Below, piece by piece: positions 46,669-54,071 of a stretch of DNA of 54,071 nt. This stretch comes from Thermoproteota archaeon (GTDB taxonomy: Archaea > Thermoproteota > EX4484-205 > JAAOZP01): assembly GCA_049700215.1 (NCBI GenBank), contig JBNAVT010000007.1:1-54071 (forward strand), written 5' to 3'. How positions within the stretch are numbered: position 1 is the first letter of the stretch; every line of letters starts with the position of its first letter. Position numbers and translations under genes: made by a program. A model generated the notes under the pieces. It saw nothing but the letters and a program-made list of their open reading frames with translations, searched no databases and was not told the DNA's origin.

Positions 46669-49005
46669 TCAGTAACCCCTCCAAGCTCTCTTAATCTCCA
46701 CCCCGCTCAACTCGTGAACCACGTTGCTGAGATCGGTTATGCGCAGACCAAGCCCTCTGGCTACCTCGCCAACCCTGCTGAAGGGTAGTCCTGAGAAAAG
46801 CTCCTCAAACCTTCTCCAACGGTTTCCATCAACCTCGACGAGAAACCTGGAGGCAGACTCGGAGAAGAGAAGGTAGTCGCTCCTACACACGCTTGAAGGA
46901 ACTCTGCGAACATCCAGCGCGATACCAAGGTTTTTCGAGGCTACAACCATCTCCGCCGCAGCCACTCCCAAACCGCCTTCTGAGAGATCGTGGCACGACA
47001 ACACGAGCTTCTCGTCAACAGCCCGGGTCAGCGTGTCGATAATGCTCTTAGACAGCTTCGCATCCACCTTTGGAACCTCCCCACCGTCCACCCCCTTAAG
47101 CCTCAAGTATGCTGAGCCCCTCAGCTCCTCCCGGGTTAAACCGATCAAGTAAACGGGGTTCCCGTCCTCTTTAAGACTGGGAGTAACCACGTTTCTAACG
47201 TCAGGAATTATTCCCACTCCTGTAACTAGGAGGGTTGGCCGCACTGAACCCAGGGGAGACTCGTTGTACAGGCTGTCCTTGCCAGATATGAATGGCGCGT
47301 CAAGAGCCTTAGAGAAGTCGTAGCAAGCCTCCGCAGCCCTCAGAAGCCTACCCATGTTCTCCTCGTCCTCAGGGCTTCCCCAGACGAAGTTATCCAGGAT
47401 CGCGACCCTCCTGCCACCGACGGCAGAATTATTCCTTAACGCTTCCTCAATAGAGGCTGCAGCCATCCAGTACGGGTCGGGGTAGAAAGGGTTTATTCCG
47501 CAAGATATTACGACCCCCATCCAGGAATCCCTGAGAGGCTTGATTACTGCGGCGTCACTCGGCCCAGCCTCGTCTCCGTGAAGAGGCTTAACCACCGTGC
47601 AGCCCCTAACCTCGTGATCGTATGTTCTAATAACATCCTCCTTACTCCTTATGTTCGGGTCTGAAAGAAGCTTGAGAAGCTCGCCGGCGAGGTCCCTCGG
47701 CTCCTCCAAGTCTACGCTAGCCGGGGGGAGCACCGGTATTCTCGCCCTCCGGGTAACCCTTGGAGGAGTGAAGAGGAATTTTAGATCTAGGTTACATACA
47801 ACCCGGCTCCTCGTGAAAACCCTAGCCCTGTCTGTTTCAACAAACCTTCCTACGACGCTCGCCTCAACATCCTCCTCGCCGAATATCTGCAAGACTCTTT
47901 CAAGGTTTTCCTCAGGCACTGAGAGAAGCATCCTCTCCTGCGACTCGGAAACCCATATCTCCCAGGGAGCCATGTCGGGCGCCTTGAGCGGAACCTCGTC
48001 CAGGTTAATATCCACCCCTAGGCTTGACCTGTGAGCCATTTCCCCGGCTGCGCAGGACAATCCTCCACCACCCAGGTCCGTAATGCCCGTAGCAAGCCCC
48101 TCATCCCTTATCCTCAGAATTGCCCTCCTAAGCCTCTCCTCCACTATAGGATTAGGTATTTGAACGGCAGACCTCAACTCTTCAGCCTCCTTAGTAAGCT
48201 CAGCCGATGCGAAAGTCACCCCATGGATACCGTCCCTGCCTGTTCTACCCCCAGCCAGCACAGCCAGATCGTTTCTGCGAGTATCCCTAACGTAAGCATG
48301 CTTCGGAAGAATCCCTATGCAGCCGCAGTAAACAACCACGTTACCAGTATAGCCCTCGTCGAAGATTACTGCGCCGGAGACGGTTGGAATACCCATGTTG
48401 TTACCGTAGCTCCCTATTCCGGCGACGACCCCCCTGTATATGTAGCGTGGATGCTTAACCCCTGGGGGAAGCTCCTCGTAACTAGTTTCCAACGGGCCGA
48501 AGCAGAGAACGTCTGTTAAAGCAACGGGCTCACCCCAGACTCCGAGAATATCCCTTATTACTCCCCCGACGCCCGTCGCCGCTCCCCCGAAGGGCTCAAC
48601 CGCGGAAGGATGGTTATGCGTCTCAACCTTGGCAGCCACCGCGTAACCCTTGTCGAAATCTATTACCCCCGCATTATCCTCGAATACTGAGATACACCAG
48701 TCCTTGTTCAGCTCCCTTGTCGACCTCATTATGTACGTTTTTAAAATGCTGTTGACTAAACGACCGTCCTCGGTAACAACATCGCCCTTGAAAACGTTGT
48801 GAAAACAGTGTTCAGACCATGTTTGGCCAATCATCTGGAGCTCAACATCCGTCGGAGGCCTCTCTCTGAAAAATTGTTTTAAATACCGCATCCTCTCCAG
48901 GCTCATGCTGAGCCCCATTTCCCTGCTTATCTCAAGCAGGTCGGCGTCGCTTGCTGAAGAAAGGTCTATAGTGTAAACCTCCAGATCCTCGTACAGCTTC
49001 CTCAT
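46669..49005 (-). CDS. purL: Phosphoribosylformylglycinamidine synthase subunit PurL
   Basis: WSEHC, KVETHNHPSAVEPFGGAATGVGG, SESQERM, HDLSEGGL. Confidence 0.97.
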   Translation of the reverse strand: MRKLYEDLEVYTIDLSSASDADLLEISREMGLSMSLERMRYLKQFFRERPPTDVELQMIGQTWSEHCFHNVFKGDVVTEDGRLVNSILKTYIMRSTRELNKDWCISVFEDNAGVIDFDKGYAVAAKVETHNHPSAVEPFGGAATGVGGVIRDILGVWGEPVALTDVLCFGPLETSYEELPPGVKHPRYIYRGVVAGIGSYGNNMGIPTVSGAVIFDEGYTGNVVVYCGCIGILPKHAYVRDTRRNDLAVLAGGRTGRDGIHGVTFASAELTKEAEELRSAVQIPNPIVEERLRRAILRIRDEGLATGITDLGGGGLSCAAGEMAHRSSLGVDINLDEVPLKAPDMAPWEIWVSESQERMLLSVPEENLERVLQIFGEEDVEASVVGRFVETDRARVFTRSRVVCNLDLKFLFTPPRVTRRARIPVLPPASVDLEEPRDLAGELLKLLSDPNIRSKEDVIRTYDHEVRGCTVVKPLHGDEAGPSDAAVIKPLRDSWMGVVISCGINPFYPDPYWMAAASIEEALRNNSAVGGRRVAILDNFVWGSPEDEENMGRLLRAAEACYDFSKALDAPFISGKDSLYNESPLGSVRPTLLVTGVGIIPDVRNVVTPSLKEDGNPVYLIGLTREELRGSAYLRLKGVDGGEVPKVDAKLSKSIIDTLTRAVDEKLVLSCHDLSEGGLGVAAAEMVVASKNLGIALDVRRVPSSVCRSDYLLFSESASRFLVEVDGNRWRRFEELFSGLPFSRVGEVARGLGLRITDLSNVVHELSGVEIKRAWRGY

Positions 49006-49016
49006 GAGACCCGGCT

Positions 49017-49259
49017 TCAGGTGGAGAGCACCTCTACCCTGTAATCATCCTTAACAGGGTTAGCCAGTAGTCTCCTACACATCTCTTCAGCAAGCCTTAA
49101 AGCCTGCTCGCGGCCACCTGCTTCAACTTCAACGATATAGACCTTGCCGGTTTTAACCGTCTTCACGGGGAAGCCGAGGTCTCTAAGGGATTTAGCAGTC
49201 ACGTCTCCCTCAGGGTCGAAATGACCAGGTTTAAGCCAAACCTCAACCCTCAGCCTCAT
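49017..49259 (-). CDS. purS: Phosphoribosylformylglycinamidine synthase subunit PurS
   Basis: LKPG..DPEG, MCRRLLANPV..DY. Confidence 0.93.
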   Translation of the reverse strand: MRLRVEVWLKPGHFDPEGDVTAKSLRDLGFPVKTVKTGKVYIVEVEAGGREQALRLAEEMCRRLLANPVKDDYRVEVLST

Positions 49260-49690
49260 TTCCTCCTCTCCTCCATAAGCTTCTCCGCGAGCCCAGGGTA
49301 TTTCAGGGAAAGAATTTCAACCGCGAGTACCGCAGCATTCCTCCAATTGTCCACGCCTACTGTCGCAACCGGTATTCCGGGAGGCATCTGGACGATTGAA
49401 AGAAGCGCGTCTAGACCACCAAGCTTAACCTCCCTCGGAACACCGATCACGGGCTTGACTGTTTTAGACGCTATTACCCCAGGCAGGGCTGCTGAAAGAC
49501 CAGCCACCGCAATGAATACTTCAGCATCACTGTTCTTCACGAAGAAGTCCAGCTCGTCAGGATTCCGGTGGGCTGAGAGAACCCTGTAATCGCAGTCAAC
49601 CCCGAAGTCTTTCAAGAAACTGATTATGTTTCTACCGAGCTCTTCATCAGACCTGCTTCCCACGATAACAGCAACCTTAGCCATTTTCAA
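49256..49690 (-). CDS. purE: AIR carboxylase / N5-CAIR mutase PurE
   Basis: GSRSD, SAHR, AGLSAALPG, PVIGVP, QMPPGIPVATV. Confidence 0.94.
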   Translation of the reverse strand: MKMAKVAVIVGSRSDEELGRNIISFLKDFGVDCDYRVLSAHRNPDELDFFVKNSDAEVFIAVAGLSAALPGVIASKTVKPVIGVPREVKLGGLDALLSIVQMPPGIPVATVGVDNWRNAAVLAVEILSLKYPGLAEKLMEERRK

Positions 49691-51168
49691 CCAACCTCCT
49701 CCAGACCTTTTCCAGGTATCCAGATCATCCTCCTGCCCAGAATCCCCCTTCTCTCCCTGTATTTGTATATTTCCCGAGCCATGTTGGCAAGCATTATTCT
49801 CCTCTCTAAGGATTTCTCAGAACCGATGTCACTCCTGTGGAAAAGCCCCCAGCCGTCTGCAAGGCTGACCTTCGACGTAAGCCTCTCAGCGATGCGGCTC
49901 GCCTCCGGAATGCTTTCCGCCACGCCGAGGCATTCCACAAGCCTAGATCCGCCGCTCTCCACTACTCCGGATCCCTTCAAATCCGCTGAGGCCCAGAAAA
50001 TCCCTTCCTCGCAATCGTGAACAATAACAGGATGACCCTTCGCAAGATCCCTGCTCAACGGGTATCCGTGGGGCGAGACTGCTTTCACAACCGTCGCATT
50101 CTCGTCAAACTCGACCTTAACCGTGTTAAGCCTCTCGCTAATTATCGCCTCGCATATTTCAACGATGTCAGTCTTAAGGACAGCGAGGACGTTTAGAGCC
50201 TCAGGGTCGCCGAGCCTAGAGTACATCTCTATTATCGTCGGTCCCCATATGGAGGTCAGCATCATCTGCCCCGCTACAACACCATGATACTTTCTCCCTG
50301 TTTCACGCTGAATAGCGTCAACCATCATCCTAACTATTTCAGCGGATTTCCCAACCTCTTCCTCCGTAAGTATGGACCTCTCATCGTTAACACCCCATTT
50401 CAGGTTCATGCCGCAGCATATAGACCCCATTCCGCCTGTTTCAGGACCGAGGTCGCCGTCGAAAGCATGCTTATTATCCTGGACAGCCGGCATGGGGACT
50501 ATCGTCCTACCGTCTGTAAAGCATTGCAACGTATACTCTGGCCCCCAGACCCTTTCCTCTATGAGGATTTTGAAATCCACGTCGCCGTAACCCTTCATGT
50601 AGTCCCTGTAGATTGATTCGACATGCTGCTTCTTAACCTTCTTCTTCTCCTCCTTCAAGTAAACCTGGAAGTCCTCTATCACCTTAACCCCTTTCCCACC
50701 TACCTGTCTAGCAGGCTTGAGCGCAACGCTCTCAGCGTACTCTTCAACATACGGGGCAGCCTCCTCGAACGTTCTGAACTTCTTATACCAGAGCCGCCCT
50801 GGAATCATGTATTTCCACTGTAGATCCCTCATGCTAGCCTTCGACAACTCTATTTCAGCAACCTCCCTGTTCGCACCTATGCAAGGTATACCCTCTTTTT
50901 CAAGTGCGTCCGGGACTCCGCGGAAATTAGGCTCCTCAGGCCCTATGAACACGAAGTCGACACCAGCCTTTAAAGCGGATTTCAAAACCGTCTCAGCATC
51001 GTTGGGATTGCCAACGTAATACTCTCCACCGCTATCTTTAACAAGCCTGCTTATCCCAGGATTGACAAGCTCTGAAAGACAGTTAAGCCTGGGGGCGTAG
51101 CCGCTCCTGGCGAAGGCTGCTGCTACGGCGTGCTCCCTCCCCCCGCCGCCGACGAGGAGAATCTTCAA
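49687..51168 (-). CDS. purD: Phosphoribosylamine-glycine ligase
   Basis: VGGGGREHA, GPEEP, GKGV, GPETGGMG, RLGDPE. Confidence 0.95.
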   Translation of the reverse strand: MKILLVGGGGREHAVAAAFARSGYAPRLNCLSELVNPGISRLVKDSGGEYYVGNPNDAETVLKSALKAGVDFVFIGPEEPNFRGVPDALEKEGIPCIGANREVAEIELSKASMRDLQWKYMIPGRLWYKKFRTFEEAAPYVEEYAESVALKPARQVGGKGVKVIEDFQVYLKEEKKKVKKQHVESIYRDYMKGYGDVDFKILIEERVWGPEYTLQCFTDGRTIVPMPAVQDNKHAFDGDLGPETGGMGSICCGMNLKWGVNDERSILTEEEVGKSAEIVRMMVDAIQRETGRKYHGVVAGQMMLTSIWGPTIIEMYSRLGDPEALNVLAVLKTDIVEICEAIISERLNTVKVEFDENATVVKAVSPHGYPLSRDLAKGHPVIVHDCEEGIFWASADLKGSGVVESGGSRLVECLGVAESIPEASRIAERLTSKVSLADGWGLFHRSDIGSEKSLERRIMLANMAREIYKYRERRGILGRRMIWIPGKGLEEVG

Positions 51169-51172
51169 CAGT

Positions 51173-52486
51173 CTACACCTCCGGGTAGACGCAGTTGAAG
51201 CAGCCTAGACAAAGCTCATCCCCCCTCAGGCCGATCGCGTCAACCAAGCCCTCTATGCTGAGATACTTGAACGAGTCTGCCCCCACGACCTCCGCAATCT
51301 TCTCCTCAGACAAGTGTCTCCCTATCAGCTCATCCTCCGGAGGAACCTCGACGCCGAATGGACAATGGGAAACAATGTGTGGACTCCCTATTCTCACATG
51401 TATCTCCTTAGCACCCTTCTCCTTCATCAGGTAGACTATGTTCGCAAGCGTGTTACCCCTCACCACGCTGTCGTCAATCAGGACAACCCTCTTACCCCTG
51501 ACCGCCTCGCTAATAACGTTAAGCTTAAGCTGAACACCTTTGAGCCTTTCAAACTGGTCAGGCCTAAGGGCGCTGCGAACCCTCCTACCCGTCAGCTCGA
51601 AACCCTTCTCTATAGGTATGCCCGTCTCGTTAGAGTAGGCCATTGCGAAGGGTATTGCTGTCTCAGGCACTCCTATCACCACGTCAGCGTCAACCCTGTC
51701 CTCCTCAGAGAGTCTCCTGCCTATGTTCCTCCTAACCCGATATATCGGAATATCGTTAACGTAAGAGTCTGGTCTAGCAAGATACACGTATTCGAAGCTG
51801 CAGTAAGCCCTGTCACGGGATGAATCACCCCTAACTAAGCGTGCCGAGAAGGGGGTGAAAACCATCGCGTCCCCAGCGTCAATGTTTTCCGCGGGGCTTA
51901 TTGGAACCCTCTCGCCAATAACGTCCATAACGCAGCTCTCTGAAGCAATTATCCCTCCTTCAAACCCGAACTTCCCGAGCGCAAGAGGCTTAACACCCAG
52001 ACTGCATCTTCCCGCAACCATCTCCATCCGATTGTTCACAGCAACGTAGGCGAAGCCCCCCTTACAGTTGTCGAAAAACTCTTTAACAGCCTCTATCTCC
52101 CCCCTGCCGCTGGCAAGCCTTGCGAATGCCCTCCTCAGGTTACTCTCGTAGCTCAGCGAATCATCCCAAGAATGCCCTTCGATCCTCGTAACCCTGCCGT
52201 CTAAAGCCACCGAGACTTTTTCGCTTAGGGGGAGCGGTTGAACATCTTCATCGGCTTCGACAGGATACGGGGAGACTGCGCCGACGCAAATATGCCCCTC
52301 CGCATCAACACGGCTTAAAACATCCTCAACCAGGCCGCGACCCGATAACCTCTGTCTGGAACGTCCTATGAGCTCTAGCCCAGCGGTCTCCTGACCCCTG
52401 TGTTGCAGAGCCATTAACCCGTATACCCCGAAGTTGCCAACATTCCACCTTTCGTCGAAAAGATATATTCCAAGTATCCCCGTCAT
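51173..52486 (-). CDS. purF: Amidophosphoribosyltransferase paralog lacking the N-terminal catalytic Cys
   Basis: Begins MTGILG (no Cys1); QHRGQE, CSFEYVYLARPDS, LIDDSVVRGNT, CPFG, LCLGC retained. Confidence 0.85.
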   Translation of the reverse strand: MTGILGIYLFDERWNVGNFGVYGLMALQHRGQETAGLELIGRSRQRLSGRGLVEDVLSRVDAEGHICVGAVSPYPVEADEDVQPLPLSEKVSVALDGRVTRIEGHSWDDSLSYESNLRRAFARLASGRGEIEAVKEFFDNCKGGFAYVAVNNRMEMVAGRCSLGVKPLALGKFGFEGGIIASESCVMDVIGERVPISPAENIDAGDAMVFTPFSARLVRGDSSRDRAYCSFEYVYLARPDSYVNDIPIYRVRRNIGRRLSEEDRVDADVVIGVPETAIPFAMAYSNETGIPIEKGFELTGRRVRSALRPDQFERLKGVQLKLNVISEAVRGKRVVLIDDSVVRGNTLANIVYLMKEKGAKEIHVRIGSPHIVSHCPFGVEVPPEDELIGRHLSEEKIAEVVGADSFKYLSIEGLVDAIGLRGDELCLGCFNCVYPEV

Positions 52487-53970
52487 GCTGAGCCCTCCTG
52501 CTTCACGAGACCAGTCCTCTCATATATTCTCCTCTCGTCCTTAAAGTCTACCGAAGCCTTGGCTGCGTCAGCCATCTTCTGAGCAAGCTCAGTCGGATAA
52601 TCTCCTGTTACGCATGCTAGGCAAAGCTCGTTTGAACTCAGCCCCGTAGCTCTAACGTAGTCTTCCAGAGGCTGGTAGAAAACACCGTCGGCGCCAACAT
52701 GCTTTGCAACACCCTCCTCGTCAAACCTGAAGCCGATCAGCTCAGTGAAAGTAGCCATGTCAACACCGTAGAAACACGGGTGCGTTATCCTCGGGAAAGT
52801 GATGAAGAGATAAACCTTCTCGGCGCCAGCCCTCCTAAGCTTCCTAACAACAGTCCTAGTGGTATCACCCCTGACGATACTGTCGTCGACAACAATAACC
52901 TTCTTACCCTTCAGCCTCTCGTTCATAATGTTCACCTTCTTGTCGATCGTTGAAACCCTTTCACTAGGCTCGAGAATGAATGCTCTCTGAGTAACATACC
53001 TATGCCTCCTAAGAACCCTCTCCCATTTCAAGCCTGTCTCCTCGTGCAGACCGTAGGCAGCGTCCTCAGCCGTCTCAGGCATCGAAAGAATCACGTCAGA
53101 CTTCTCAACGACATCCTTAAATCTCTTACCCAGGTTTCTGCCAAAATCCTCCCTAACGCTGTAAACATACTTTCCGTTGAGCATGGAATCCGGCCTAGCG
53201 AAGTAAGCGTATTCGAAAGCGCAGAAAGCAGCCCTGTCTTTCTTCACAAGCCTCTCCCTCTCAACACCATCCTTACTAAAGACGACAATCTCACCAGGCT
53301 TCACATCACTCGTAAACCTCAGCCCATTAATATCAAGTCCAACAGTCTCAGAGGAGAAGGCTTTAACCGCACCATCCCCACTCTCCCCAATGCTGAGAGG
53401 CCTAATACCTAAAGGGTCTCTGAATGCGAAAAGCTCTCCGCTTGGACTTAACCCGACAACAGAGAAGGCTCCTTCAACCTCTCTCATGCAGCGCTCAACC
53501 CCACTCGTCAAGCCACCCTCAATACCCATGGCAAGCATTTTCGATAACACGGCCGCGTCACAGCCGGCTTCAAAACCCACAGAAGCCTTCAAACGACTCC
53601 TAAGCTCGTTAACGTTAACAATATTACCGTTGAAAGCGAAACCAATCTTCTTACCTCCGTGGGAAGAGATAAGCGGCTGCGCATCATTCAGCCGAGACGA
53701 GGCACCCCTATCTCCAGACGTGCCATACCTGACGTGAGCAATACCGACAGAACCCTGGAGAAAGTTACGCCACCTAGAATACCTCTCGCCGAAGATCTGC
53801 GGAACAAGCCCAAGGTTCACATGCCGCCTGAAACCCTCCGCATGCGTCAAAAAACCATACGATTCATGACCCCTATGGTTCTGCGCCACAAGACCCCAGT
53901 AGAGAAGGTCGAAAACACACTTGCCGTTGAAACACTTCGCCCCAAACACGCCACAGCTCTCGGCAAGCAT
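52483..53970 (-). CDS. purF: Amidophosphoribosyltransferase
   Basis: Propeptide MLAES then CGVFG; HRG, HVRYGTSG, NGNI, CAFEYAYFARPDS, VVDDSIVRGDT, CFYG, LCLAC. Confidence 0.95.
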   Translation of the reverse strand: MLAESCGVFGAKCFNGKCVFDLLYWGLVAQNHRGHESYGFLTHAEGFRRHVNLGLVPQIFGERYSRWRNFLQGSVGIAHVRYGTSGDRGASSRLNDAQPLISSHGGKKIGFAFNGNIVNVNELRSRLKASVGFEAGCDAAVLSKMLAMGIEGGLTSGVERCMREVEGAFSVVGLSPSGELFAFRDPLGIRPLSIGESGDGAVKAFSSETVGLDINGLRFTSDVKPGEIVVFSKDGVERERLVKKDRAAFCAFEYAYFARPDSMLNGKYVYSVREDFGRNLGKRFKDVVEKSDVILSMPETAEDAAYGLHEETGLKWERVLRRHRYVTQRAFILEPSERVSTIDKKVNIMNERLKGKKVIVVDDSIVRGDTTRTVVRKLRRAGAEKVYLFITFPRITHPCFYGVDMATFTELIGFRFDEEGVAKHVGADGVFYQPLEDYVRATGLSSNELCLACVTGDYPTELAQKMADAAKASVDFKDERRIYERTGLVKQEGSA

Positions 53971-54071
53971 TTACAGCAACAACAATTTCCGACGGCTTAT
54001 TAAATATTGATTACATGAACCAGTAAAATTAACACGTTTATGTTAAAAGACTTCTCCTTCGAGGAAGTAGC

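Noticed and set aside
1-54071. tRNA/rRNA genes and the many short antisense or overlapping ORFs in the track
   Set aside because: No cloverleaf with a T-loop in context was found by eye (tRNAscan-SE would be decisive); shadow ORFs lie opposite well-supported genes and show no motifs.

Overview
Gene-dense chromosomal segment of an archaeon. TACK/Thermoproteota-like affiliation is inferred from TIP49/RuvBL, Trm112, A/V-type ATPase, crenarchaeal-style tandem purF, TATA boxes and GGTGA-type SD sites. Housekeeping content: complete A1A0/V-type ATPase operon (I-K-H-E-C-F-A-B-D, minus strand), purF-purF'-purD-purE-purS-purL-purQ operon, trpS, argG, proC, trxB, class II HMG-CoA reductase, three ABC systems, three radical SAM enzymes, GH1 and GH130 glycan enzymes, an orphan formate-dehydrogenase-alpha-like molybdoenzyme and HtrA. 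I saw no tRNA, rRNA or CRISPR array. Most notable: (1) a coupled three-gene module of tail-anchored membrane protein + Cys4-containing MoxR-like AAA+ ATPase + HExxH-metallopeptidase/vWA protein; (2) a triplicated rotor c subunit keeping all three glutamates, within a streamlined ATPase operon; (3) a ~125 bp structured relic resembling the IS200/IS605 tnpB 3' end/omega-RNA; (4) a palindromic 10-mer AGCGYRCGCT at five intergenic sites, two at the break points of toxin-antitoxin gene relics; (5) two single-base frameshifts (GH130 and an ABC exporter) that may be real or assembly errors. All family calls come from motif recognition by eye, not database searches.
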